From Endomicrobiia bacterium (GTDB taxonomy: Bacteria > Elusimicrobiota > Endomicrobiia > DTEH01), in assembly GCA_039630545.1 (NCBI GenBank), contig JBCNUU010000001.1, positions 1 to 64,000 on the forward strand: a stretch of DNA of 64,000 bases, written 5' to 3'. Of the stretch, positions 39,302 through 50,323 are shown in pieces; positions within the stretch are counted from its first letter, which is position 1, and each line of letters starts with the position of its first letter. The position numbers were made by a program, and so were the translations under genes. The notes under the pieces were generated by a model, which did no database searches, was not told the DNA's origin, and saw only the letters and a program-made list of their open reading frames with translations.

Positions 39302-40562
39302 ACTAAAAATTTTTTTTATTTTTGTAGTTTTAAATTTTGAGGTTTATGCTGGAATAGATATATATGTTCAAGCTATAAAATCAGGTAAAAGAATAGATAT
39401 AGGTATTTCTAAGTTTATTTCAAAGAATTTTGAAACGCTTAAGTTAGCTAAACAACTTCAGGATGTAGTAAAAAATGATTTGATGTTTACCAGATTATTC
39501 AATGTTGTTGAACCCGGATGGCAATACATACCAGATAAAGTTGTTTCGGAGAAGTGGTCTCAATATGGCATAGATGTGGTGGTTTGTGGAGAGCTTAAAG
39601 TCGAAGAGGGCAAATATGTTCTGGTTGGTGTTTTATATGATGTGGCATCTTTAGAAGAAATATATAAAGAAAGTTTTAAATCTACTGATTTAAGATATTT
39701 GGCACATTTGTTTTCAGATAACATTGTTAAAGTCTTTACAGGAGAGTATGGCATTGCAACTACCCAGATAGTATTTGTTAATGATATGAGTGGTTACAAA
39801 GAGATTTACAAAATGGATTACGATGGATATAATTTAGTTCAGATTACATATGATAGAAGTATTAATATTTATCCAAGAGTTTCTCCTGATGGAAAAAAAA
39901 TTACTTTTACCACTTATAAATATGGCAATCCTGATTTGTATATAATGAATATAGATGGCAGCAACAGACAACCACTCTCTACACATCAGGGACTAAATAT
40001 TACAGCTAACTGGTCTTTTTGTGGTGAAAAATTGGTTGTGACGATGACAAAAGCAAAACACTCTCCTAATTTATATATTTTAGATCTCAATACTAAAATT
40101 TTTAAAAGATTAACATTTGGTGATATAATAGATGTAGGTGGTTTCTTTTCGCCCAACAATAGAGAAATTGTTTTTATTTCCAACAGAAGTGGTAAACCTC
40201 AGATGTATATTACTTCTTTAGATGTGTCAACAATAAGACAACTTCCAACAGCAGGCTACAGTAGTTCTCCTGCTTGGTCTCCAAAAGGTGATAAAATAGT
40301 TTTTAGTATGGAAACATCCAAAGGTATGTTTGATATTTTTGTTTATGATATAATTAAATCTGAATACTACAGACTCACATATTCTGAAGGAAGCAACGAA
40401 AATCCATTTTTTTCTCCGGATGGAAGATTTATTGTTTTTGTGTCTAATAGATATGGTAGGTGGGAATTATTTACTATGTTTATAGATGGTTCTAATCAAA
40501 GAAGAATAAGAGAAATGAAAGGCAATTGTTTTTATCCCTGTTGGACTCCAAGAAAGCTTTAA
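39294..40562 (+). CDS. tolB: Tol-Pal beta-propeller protein TolB
   Basis: Signal peptide, PD40 repeats (SPDGKKI, WSPKGDKI, FSPDGRFI); start set at ATG 39294. Confidence 0.88.
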   Translation: MNKLKIFFIFVVLNFEVYAGIDIYVQAIKSGKRIDIGISKFISKNFETLKLAKQLQDVVKNDLMFTRLFNVVEPGWQYIPDKVVSEKWSQYGIDVVVCGELKVEEGKYVLVGVLYDVASLEEIYKESFKSTDLRYLAHLFSDNIVKVFTGEYGIATTQIVFVNDMSGYKEIYKMDYDGYNLVQITYDRSINIYPRVSPDGKKITFTTYKYGNPDLYIMNIDGSNRQPLSTHQGLNITANWSFCGEKLVVTMTKAKHSPNLYILDLNTKIFKRLTFGDIIDVGGFFSPNNREIVFISNRSGKPQMYITSLDVSTIRQLPTAGYSSSPAWSPKGDKIVFSMETSKGMFDIFVYDIIKSEYYRLTYSEGSNENPFFSPDGRFIVFVSNRYGRWELFTMFIDGSNQRRIREMKGNCFYPCWTPRKL

Positions 40563-40648
40563 ATTTGGTTTTAATTTAATTATTGAAAATTTTTGTAAAT
40601 TTAAGTATTTTACTCTTAATAAACTTAGAAAGAAAGGAAATTCGTAAT

Positions 40649-42187
40649 ATGAAAAAAGAGGTCTTAAAACTTTTTCTGATAATAATTATAGTGAGCTTTT
40701 TTTTGATATTGACTTCAAATTTTTTAACTTTTAAGAAAACAACTGCTGAACCTAATTTTTCTTGCTTAAGTTTGATAAGCAAACAAACGCAGAATTCATT
40801 GCAAGATGTGTATTCGCTACAGCAAGCCGTTGTAGATGTTGTTGAGAAGGTAAAGCCAGCAGTTGTAAGTATTACTACTATTTACAAGTACAAAGTTGAG
40901 ATACCTGATTTTTATTTTGGTGATCCTTTTGAGGAATTTTTTAGAGAGTTTTTTGATCTGCCTCAGAGATATCCTAAAAAACAATATAAAGAATACAGAA
41001 CCGAAGGAGGAGGGAGTGGTTTTATTATTTCTTCAGACGGATATATATTAACAAATGAACATGTAATAGCTAATGCTTCTGAGATTAAAGTAATAGTAAA
41101 TATAGATGGAAAAGAAAAGGAGTATAATGGAAAAGTTGTAGGAAGAGATCCCAAAACAGACATAGCAGTGGTTAAAATAAATGCTAAGAATTTGCCTTAT
41201 GTTAAATTAGGAGATTCTGATAAGATAAAAGTTGGAGAATTTGTAATAGCAATAGGTTCTCCTTTTGGACTTGAGCAGACAGTAACCTCAGGAATAGTTT
41301 CAGCCATAAGACAAAGAATAAGAATTGAAGGTAAAGAATACAGAGAATTTATTCAAACAGACGCTGCTATAAACAGAGGTAATTCTGGAGGACCTCTGTG
41401 TAATTTGCAAGGAGAAGTTATAGGTATAAATACAGCCATATATGCTCCTACAGGTGTGTTTTCTGGAATTGGTTTTGCTATTCCTATAAATAGAGCAAAA
41501 GAGATTTTAGATACCCTTATAGAAAAAGGAAAAGTTACAAGAGGATGGTTGGGTGTGGAAATACTTGCTGTGGATGAAGCAATTGCAAATCAGTTTGGAC
41601 TTTCTAAGAAACAGGGAGTCATTATTAACAGAGTATTAAAAAATTCTCCTGCAGAAAAAGCAGGACTTAGAAGGTCTGACATTATTCTTTCAATAAAAGC
41701 GAGAAACAAAACAACAGAAATTAACTCTCCTCAGGAGTTGCAGGATATTGTTTTTTCTTTATCGCCAAATGAAAAGGTTGAACTTACAATCTGGAGGGAA
41801 GGAAAAGAACAAAAGGTATTAATTACTTTAGGTGAGTTACCAGAAGAAGTCTCTGTGGGTTCCCTGGATGAAGAAAAAGTTCCTCAAAAAGAAAAGTTTA
41901 CCTGGTTAGGGCATACATTTATAGAATTAACTGATGAATTAATAGAAAAACTTTCAATTGAAGAAGATACAGAAGGAGTTGTTGTACATAGTATTGATGT
42001 AAAATCAAAAGACTATGAAGATTTGGGTCTTTTAGAGATGGATGTAGTAGTTGGTATAAATCAAAATAAGATAAGAAATTTAAAAGATCTCAAAGAAATA
42101 CTAAATAAAGTCAATCTTAAAAAAGGTATAGTTTTTGACATAATAAGAAATGGTAGACAGATGTATTTGTCATATATAAAAGAATGA
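40649..42187 (+). CDS. HtrA/DegP-family serine protease with PDZ domains
   Basis: TNEHV, TDIAV, GNSGG triad; two PDZ-like regions. Confidence 0.95.
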   Translation: MKKEVLKLFLIIIIVSFFLILTSNFLTFKKTTAEPNFSCLSLISKQTQNSLQDVYSLQQAVVDVVEKVKPAVVSITTIYKYKVEIPDFYFGDPFEEFFREFFDLPQRYPKKQYKEYRTEGGGSGFIISSDGYILTNEHVIANASEIKVIVNIDGKEKEYNGKVVGRDPKTDIAVVKINAKNLPYVKLGDSDKIKVGEFVIAIGSPFGLEQTVTSGIVSAIRQRIRIEGKEYREFIQTDAAINRGNSGGPLCNLQGEVIGINTAIYAPTGVFSGIGFAIPINRAKEILDTLIEKGKVTRGWLGVEILAVDEAIANQFGLSKKQGVIINRVLKNSPAEKAGLRRSDIILSIKARNKTTEINSPQELQDIVFSLSPNEKVELTIWREGKEQKVLITLGELPEEVSVGSLDEEKVPQKEKFTWLGHTFIELTDELIEKLSIEEDTEGVVVHSIDVKSKDYEDLGLLEMDVVVGINQNKIRNLKDLKEILNKVNLKKGIVFDIIRNGRQMYLSYIKE

Positions 42188-43104
42188 GAAAGGTGTTAGT
42201 TGTAGAAGATGATTTAGAAATACAGGATTTATTAAAATTTACTTTTCAGCAAGCAAACTATGACGTATATCAAGCCTACAATGGCAAGGAAGCTCTTCAA
42301 AAAGTAAAACTTATAATGCCTGATATTATAATTCTTGATGTAATAATGCCTGAAATGAATGGTTTTGAAGTCATAGAACATCTACGTAGTGATCCCGAAA
42401 CATGTCTTATCCCTGTGATAATGTTGACTTCTTTAGGTCAAACAAAAGATAAACTTACCGGTATAAAGCTTGGAGCTGATGAATACTTAGTAAAACCTGT
42501 TGAACCTTATGAATTGTTGTTTAGAGCTGAGATGTTGATAAAGAAATACTATGAAAATGTAAACTCTGTAACTTGTCTTTTAGGTTTAAACTCTTTAGAA
42601 AATCATTTGAAAGAACTTATAGAAAACAAAAAGGATTTTATTGTGATTCTTTTTGATATTACTAATTTTAAACCTTATAATCTGAAATATAGTTTCAAAA
42701 AAGGAGATGAATTACTTAAATTTTTTTCAAGTATTTTAAGGACTGCTGTTACAAATTATGGAAGTAAATCTGATGTTTTGTTTCATTTAGAAGCCGATAA
42801 ATTTTGTATAGTTACAGAAAAAATAGAAATTCAACCGATGTTAGAAAATATTTTTTCTTTGTTTGACGATCTTACAGAAAGAATATATAATAAAGAAGAT
42901 ATATCAAATAGGTTTTTTACATATAAATTAGAAAATGGTGTTGAGTTAAAAGCAAATTTTATGAAGATAGCAGCAGGAGTTCTTAAAGTAAACAAAGGCA
43001 CAGCCAGCCATTATGCTGAAGTTTTATTTCATGTGAAAGAAATACTTAACACAGCTAAAAAACAAAGTTTGCAAAATAATGAACATGCAATAGTTATTTT
43101 ATAA
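42184..43104 (+). CDS. Response regulator with degenerate GGDEF domain
   Basis: REC (VVEDD, LDVIMP) plus DITNFKPYN...GDELL, with HLEADKF at the GGDEF position. Confidence 0.85.
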   Translation: MRKVLVVEDDLEIQDLLKFTFQQANYDVYQAYNGKEALQKVKLIMPDIIILDVIMPEMNGFEVIEHLRSDPETCLIPVIMLTSLGQTKDKLTGIKLGADEYLVKPVEPYELLFRAEMLIKKYYENVNSVTCLLGLNSLENHLKELIENKKDFIVILFDITNFKPYNLKYSFKKGDELLKFFSSILRTAVTNYGSKSDVLFHLEADKFCIVTEKIEIQPMLENIFSLFDDLTERIYNKEDISNRFFTYKLENGVELKANFMKIAAGVLKVNKGTASHYAEVLFHVKEILNTAKKQSLQNNEHAIVIL

Positions 43105-44635
43105 AAAAAGAAATTACCACAAATACCACCACAAGAGAAATAGAAGTTGCTAAAATATTTCCTAAAGATATACTTTTTTTAGTTTGTTGAGTTATTTTTT
43201 CTTTTTTTTCTTCTGATGTCAAAGATTCTACTCTTTCTATTTGATGCTGAATTCTAGTTTCGTTATCATAAATATCTTTTGCTACTATTTCTATTTTGTT
43301 TATACCTAAATTTAATGAAAGAGCATAACTAAATTTTCCATCTTTATCTACATCAACAGAGTTATTATTTATTTTTAAAAAAGTATTTTGTTCTGTTTCT
43401 CCGGAAAATTGAATTATTTCCTGATCAGTTTTTGTGATATTAAGAAGGTTTGTTGATAGTTTAGGTGGAGTTGTATCAATAATAATAGGTTTAGGGTCAG
43501 ATGGATTTTCAAATCCTATTTCATCTATATACGAAACTCTTAAAAAATATTTTCCATCAGGAAGTTGTAAGGATTTCAAATTAATGTTTATTTTTTGATT
43601 AGGTTTTATGTCATTAGTTTCTTCATATATAATTTTTTTAAAATCTTTTTCTTTAGAAATTTGTATACGATATTTTTTTATTATACTTCCTATCGTTTTT
43701 GGCTTTTGTTTAGTTTCCTGGGTGATTTTATCTTGTGGGAAGGGTATTTCGCTTTTTTGTTCTAATTTTGGCAGGGTAAGTTGAAAAGAGAACGAAGGAA
43801 TATCTTTTGTAATTACTATTTCATTTTGAGATGTTAACTTTGCAGTTTCTAAAGTTATTTCTGGTGGTTTAGGAAGTGCCTTAGGCAAAGATGGAGCAGA
43901 AAAGGGTTTGACTTCAGTTCCAAAACCTTTAGGTACATATACAGTTTTTCCCTGGGCTGTTACATCTACAGCACCCTCGTAAACTTCTACTAATGTTGTT
44001 TTGTCTTCTTCACGGATTTTAGTTTTAAAATCTGTTTTTTCCGTTTTAGGTTCTATTCTGGGGGTAATTATAGCGTTGTCAGTAATTACTTTGGCTTTGG
44101 TAGATCTTACTGCTCCTTTGTGTAATGTAACTTCTTCTTGCTTTAGCTCAGGTCTAATTGTTACAAATGAGTTTTCGTCTATACTTAAAATTTCGCCAGA
44201 ATAAAATTTTATGTTAGCTCGTGATTTTTCATAAGTGGCTATAGCATCGTTGTTGTAAAGTTCCATGTTAATTAAAGGATCTTCCCATATAACTGAGTCG
44301 CTTTTTTTATATTTCACTTTATTCAAAATATATATTAAGTAAGCTGGACGAAATTTTTCTTTTACAATTACAATTGGGACTTTTAATTTCATACCAGGAA
44401 GAGGAGCGTATATATCTGTGATTTCTAATTTGTTATATTTTAAAATTTCTGGCCATAGTTTTGGGTCTTTAAAATAATAATTTGCTATATAAGAAAGAGT
44501 CTGTCCTTCTTTTACTTCTATTTCTTGTAAAAAAACTTCTTTTTCTTCTGCTTCTTGTACAGTATATTGTTGAGTAAAGATAAAATCAAATAAACATAAA
44601 AATAAAATTTTTAAAATTAATTTCTTTAATCTCAT
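43094..44635 (-). CDS. LysM-FecR-Ig domain membrane-anchored exported protein
   Basis: VKEGQTLSYIA...WPEI (LysM), FecR-like beta region (VEVYEGAV), DTTPP Ig-like domain, C-terminal TM. Confidence 0.75.
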   Translation of the reverse strand: MRLKKLILKILFLCLFDFIFTQQYTVQEAEEKEVFLQEIEVKEGQTLSYIANYYFKDPKLWPEILKYNKLEITDIYAPLPGMKLKVPIVIVKEKFRPAYLIYILNKVKYKKSDSVIWEDPLINMELYNNDAIATYEKSRANIKFYSGEILSIDENSFVTIRPELKQEEVTLHKGAVRSTKAKVITDNAIITPRIEPKTEKTDFKTKIREEDKTTLVEVYEGAVDVTAQGKTVYVPKGFGTEVKPFSAPSLPKALPKPPEITLETAKLTSQNEIVITKDIPSFSFQLTLPKLEQKSEIPFPQDKITQETKQKPKTIGSIIKKYRIQISKEKDFKKIIYEETNDIKPNQKININLKSLQLPDGKYFLRVSYIDEIGFENPSDPKPIIIDTTPPKLSTNLLNITKTDQEIIQFSGETEQNTFLKINNNSVDVDKDGKFSYALSLNLGINKIEIVAKDIYDNETRIQHQIERVESLTSEEKKEKITQQTKKSISLGNILATSISLVVVFVVISFFIK

Positions 44636-46734
44636 GCTGTATTTTTAGGTAATCTGAAAATAAATTTTGAACCTTTACCAAGTTCAGATTCTACCCATAT
44701 TTTTCCATTATGTAATTCAATGATATATTTGCATATTGTAAGACCTAAACCTGTTCCTCCTTTTGATTTGTTTTTTACTTGAGTAAATTTTTCAAATATT
44801 TTATCTAAATATTCTTTAGGTATGCCTTCACCGGTATCTTCTACAAAACTTTCAACGTAATTGCCTGTTTCATAAATATCTACTGTAATTTTTCCATATT
44901 CAGGTGTAAACTTTATTGCATTTCCTATTAGATTTATATATACTCGTTCTATAAGTTTAGCATCTACTGATATTTCAACATTATCTTTTTGAGGTGCAAA
45001 AAAGAGAGTTATGTTTTTTCTTTCATATTGAGGTTGTAAAAGTTCAATAACAGAAGTTATAATTTTTATAATATTTGTTTTTTCTAAATTTATTTCCATC
45101 TTTCCTGCTTCAAGTTTTGCTATATCAAGAATATCGTTTATCATATTTAGCAATTTAAAAGAAGCTCTCTCCATAGTTTCTAATATTTTTTTCTGTTGTT
45201 CGTTTATAGGGCCAGCTACTCCATCTAAAAGAAATTTTATAAATCCCCTAATGGAAGTCATAGGATTTCTTAAGTCATGTGTAATAGAGTGTAAGAAGTC
45301 GTCTTTCATTTTGTCTATTTCTTTTTCTAATGTTATGTCGTGTAATACAGAGACTATACCTAATTTTTCATTTTTGGGAGTTAATACTGGTAAAGAAATA
45401 CCTTGATAAAATCTGGGATAATTTTCAGTGGATAAATCAATTTCAAAAATTTTATTTGGTTGATTTATAATTTCTTGGATTTTTGGTTTTAAAGTTTCGT
45501 TTAAAATATTAAAAATGTTTAAATTTTCTATATTTTCTTCTTTAATGTCTAAGATCTCTTTTGCTTTTTTATTTATTAACAAAATATTTCCTTCATAGTC
45601 TGTTAAGATGATACCATCTTTTATTGAAAAAATAATAGCTTCTGTTTTTGTCTTTTCAGCAATAAGTTTGTCTAGTTGAATTTCTGCATACTCATTTAAT
45701 TTTTTTGCCATATGATTAAAAGTTTTTCCTAAAATTTCGAGTTCATCGTAAGTTTTTATATCTATTGAAACATTAAAATTTCCAGCCGCTACAGCTTTGG
45801 CAGCTTCAATTATCTTTAATATGGGCTGAGATATACCTGTTGCTATTAGTAAAGATATTATTACAGAGATTATTAAAATTAAAATTAAAAGTTGAGTAGT
45901 TTGCCGTACTAAAATTCTTACAGGTAGATGTGCTTCTTTTTGAGTTTGATGTAAAAGTAGTATCCAGTTGATTTGTGGTAGAAACACATACGAAACAATA
46001 TAATCATTATTTTTAATTCTTAATCCCTTAGAACCAATTGATATAGACTGCTTTGCAGTTTCTAAAAAAGGATTAGCTAAAAGTTCTTTCAAAATTTCTT
46101 TTTCTTCATAAGTAGCAAAAATTAAATTGTTGTTTTCAGCATCAAGTAGGGTAATACATCCTGTTTTTCCTATTTTTGTGTCTTTTAATTCTTCAAATAA
46201 ATTGTTTATTGACATAGAGATTCTCAAATAAAAATTTTGTTTTTCATAAAGACTATCCAGTTGATAAATATTGTTTGAATGTGAAAATTTAAAAATTTTT
46301 GTTTCTTTTGTTTCTTTTAATTTTCTAAAGATATAGTCGTTGCTAAAATCTTCTAATTTTGGTTCAAGAATTATTTCTGGGTTATAAATTTTTATTTTTT
46401 CTTTACCATAGTTATCTAGTATAGAAATGGAAATTATGTTTTTATTAATACTCATCAGTGACTCTAGAATATTTTGTTTATAATTCCAGTCTATGTCTGT
46501 TCTTGAGGTAGTGTCTTCAACAAGAGGAAGAATATAAGATAATGTTTCAAAATAACTTTGGATTTTTGTAGAAATATTAGATAATGTTTTGGTATGTAAT
46601 TCTAAATATATAGTTTGTAAAGCAGGTTTTAGAATTTTGTTGCTTTGTAGTGTTAGAATTAGAATAGGTAATGTGGAAATTGATATAAATATTAGGATAA
46701 ACTTGAAAAAAAACGGAAAATAGAATTTTCTCAT
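44632..46734 (-). CDS. Sensor histidine kinase (periplasmic Cache-like, HAMP, PAS, HisKA, HATPase)
   Basis: Two TMs, DELEILGKTFN, THDLRNP, NLIGNAIKF, DTGEGI, GTGLGL. Confidence 0.93.
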   Translation of the reverse strand: MRKFYFPFFFKFILIFISISTLPILILTLQSNKILKPALQTIYLELHTKTLSNISTKIQSYFETLSYILPLVEDTTSRTDIDWNYKQNILESLMSINKNIISISILDNYGKEKIKIYNPEIILEPKLEDFSNDYIFRKLKETKETKIFKFSHSNNIYQLDSLYEKQNFYLRISMSINNLFEELKDTKIGKTGCITLLDAENNNLIFATYEEKEILKELLANPFLETAKQSISIGSKGLRIKNNDYIVSYVFLPQINWILLLHQTQKEAHLPVRILVRQTTQLLILILIISVIISLLIATGISQPILKIIEAAKAVAAGNFNVSIDIKTYDELEILGKTFNHMAKKLNEYAEIQLDKLIAEKTKTEAIIFSIKDGIILTDYEGNILLINKKAKEILDIKEENIENLNIFNILNETLKPKIQEIINQPNKIFEIDLSTENYPRFYQGISLPVLTPKNEKLGIVSVLHDITLEKEIDKMKDDFLHSITHDLRNPMTSIRGFIKFLLDGVAGPINEQQKKILETMERASFKLLNMINDILDIAKLEAGKMEINLEKTNIIKIITSVIELLQPQYERKNITLFFAPQKDNVEISVDAKLIERVYINLIGNAIKFTPEYGKITVDIYETGNYVESFVEDTGEGIPKEYLDKIFEKFTQVKNKSKGGTGLGLTICKYIIELHNGKIWVESELGKGSKFIFRLPKNTA

Positions 46735-46740
46735 AAAGAC

Positions 46741-48050
<1,310 letters not shown>

Positions 48051-48149
48051 AGATTTTTTGTTAATAAACCTAAATATAAAATTATATATATAAATTCAAC
48101 AATTTAAAAACTTGCTTAATTGGTGGATTTTTTATATAAAATAAATTCT

Positions 48150-48881
48150 ATGGATGAAGAAAAAAAGTTTTTATCTTTAGTAATAAAAAAAGTAGGCAGA
48201 GCATTTGGAGATTATAAAATGCTTTCTGAAAATGACAAGCTATTAATAGGTGTTTCTGGAGGTAAAGATAGTGTTACTTTGTTAGATATTATGATTTACA
48301 AAAAAAGATTTTTGCCTTTTAAATATGAAATTTATGTGGCTAATATAGATTTTGGTTTTTTTGACAACTATGAAGCATATTTAAAAAAACTTGAAGAATT
48401 TCTAAAAAAACACGAAATAAGTTATTATTTCATTAAAAAGACACTTCCTGGAGAAAGAAAAAACATAAACTGTTTCTGGTGTAGCTGGAACAGAAGAAAA
48501 GAAATTTTCCTTTTAGCGAAAAAATTAGGATGTAACAAAGTAGCTTTAGGTCATACATTAGATGATGTAGTAGTAACCTTCTTGATGAATCTTTTTTATC
48601 ATGGAGAAATTTCCACAATGCCTCCTGTTTTGGAAATGTTTAAAGGAGAAATTACCCTTATAAGACCTTTGGTGTATTTAACTTCAAAAGAGACACAAAA
48701 ATATGTGGAATATAAAGGTTTACCTGTATTTAAATGTAAATGTCCTTATTTATCTAAAAAATTTAGCTATAGAAACTATTTGGAAAATCTTGTTGAAGAA
48801 GAACTTCAGAAATACTGGCCTAATATAAAGAAAAATATATTTAATAGTTTAAAAAAAGTTAAAAAGGAGTATCTTGTATAA
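48150..48881 (+). CDS. ttcA: tRNA 2-thiocytidine biosynthesis TtcA-family protein
   Basis: PP-loop SGGKDS, CFWC..RR, LGHTLDD, IRPL, CKCP. Confidence 0.85.
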   Translation: MDEEKKFLSLVIKKVGRAFGDYKMLSENDKLLIGVSGGKDSVTLLDIMIYKKRFLPFKYEIYVANIDFGFFDNYEAYLKKLEEFLKKHEISYYFIKKTLPGERKNINCFWCSWNRRKEIFLLAKKLGCNKVALGHTLDDVVVTFLMNLFYHGEISTMPPVLEMFKGEITLIRPLVYLTSKETQKYVEYKGLPVFKCKCPYLSKKFSYRNYLENLVEEELQKYWPNIKKNIFNSLKKVKKEYLV

Positions 48882-48882
48882 C

Positions 48883-49290
48883 ATGAAAATATATAAAAAA
48901 GAAATAAACATAAGAACTTCCAATAGAGTCGAATTTATAGATATTACAAAAAAAATTTTAGAAATTGTTCAAGAATCAAAAATCTTAGATGGAATATGTC
49001 ATATATTTGTACCTCACACTACAGCAGCTGTTACTATAAATGAAAATGCAGATAAAGATGTAGTGAGAGATATTATAGACAGACTAAACCGATTAGCTCC
49101 AGGGGATGATAACTATAGACATATAGAAGGTAATTCAGATGCTCATATTAAATCAAGCATAATCGGTGTTTCCTTAAGTGTTGTTGTTTCGGATAATGAA
49201 TTAGAGTTAGGAACATGGCAAGGAATATATTTTTGTGAGTTTGATGGGCCAAGAAATAGAAAACTATGGATAAAAATTTTAGGTGAATAG
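48883..49290 (+). CDS. yjbQ: YjbQ family protein
   Basis: PHTTAAVTINEN, GNSDAHIK, LGTWQGIYFCEFDGPR; alternative TTG start 48874. Confidence 0.92.
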   Translation: MKIYKKEINIRTSNRVEFIDITKKILEIVQESKILDGICHIFVPHTTAAVTINENADKDVVRDIIDRLNRLAPGDDNYRHIEGNSDAHIKSSIIGVSLSVVVSDNELELGTWQGIYFCEFDGPRNRKLWIKILGE

Positions 49291-49299
49291 GAGGGGAAA

Positions 49300-50304
49300 G
49301 TGATGATACCAGAAATAAGACAAAATATAGCCACTAAAGAGTGGGTAGTTATTTCTACAGAACGAGCTAAACGGCCGGAAGATTTTAAATCTATAAAAGA
49401 AAAAAAACAACTTCCAGAGTTTTCTGAAAAATGTCCTTTTTGTCCTGGCAATGAACACATGACACCTTATGAAACTTATGTAGTAAAAGATGAATTTAAT
49501 AAGTGGAAAATAAGGGTAATACCTAACAAATACCCAGCTGTAGTCCAGGAAGGAACTGTTGAATACAGAAGTGATGGTATTAAAAGATGGGTTTCCGGGG
49601 TGGGGATTGCTGAGGTAATTATAGAATCAAACAAACACAACGACATTCTTCCTCTTATGCCTGAAAGAGACATCGAAGATATAATAAAAGTTTACAGAGA
49701 GAGATATCTTGCTGCTGAAAAAGATAAAAGAATAAAAATGATAATAATATTTAAAAACTATGGAGAACAAGCAGGAGCCTCAATCGAGCATCCACATTCT
49801 CAACTTATAGCGATTCCTGTGGTGCCATTTCATATAAGGTACAGAATAGAAGAAGCCATGAGATATTACGATGAGACAGGAGAGTGTGTTTTTTGTAAAA
49901 TGTTAAAAGAAGAGCTTAAATACCAGGAAAGGATTGTAGTGGAGACAGGACATTTTGTATCTTTTGTGCCATATGCAGCTTTAGCTCCTTTTCACATGTG
50001 GGTTTTACCCAGAAGGCATGTTGAGTCGTTTGGAGAAATAGATGATAATGAAATTACAGATTTAGCAAAAAATTTAAAGATCACCTTATCTAAACTTTAT
50101 ATAGGATTAGATAATCCTGACTATAACTATGTAATAAGAAGTGTTCCTGTAAATGAAAAAGGAAAAGAATACTATCACTGGTATATTACTATAATGCCAC
50201 GGCTTATTAAGACAGCCGGATTTGAGATAGGAACAGCTATGTCTATAAATTCTTCGCTTCCAGAAAATGATGCTAAGTTTTTAAGGGAGATCAAAGTAAG
50301 ATAG
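49300..50304 (+). CDS. galT: GalT-family hexose-1-phosphate nucleotidyltransferase
   Basis: ERAKRP, CPFCPGNE, GASIEHPHSQ, CVFC. Confidence 0.88.
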   Translation: MMIPEIRQNIATKEWVVISTERAKRPEDFKSIKEKKQLPEFSEKCPFCPGNEHMTPYETYVVKDEFNKWKIRVIPNKYPAVVQEGTVEYRSDGIKRWVSGVGIAEVIIESNKHNDILPLMPERDIEDIIKVYRERYLAAEKDKRIKMIIIFKNYGEQAGASIEHPHSQLIAIPVVPFHIRYRIEEAMRYYDETGECVFCKMLKEELKYQERIVVETGHFVSFVPYAALAPFHMWVLPRRHVESFGEIDDNEITDLAKNLKITLSKLYIGLDNPDYNYVIRSVPVNEKGKEYYHWYITIMPRLIKTAGFEIGTAMSINSSLPENDAKFLREIKVR

Positions 50305-50323
50305 AAAAGGAGGAAAAACTTAA

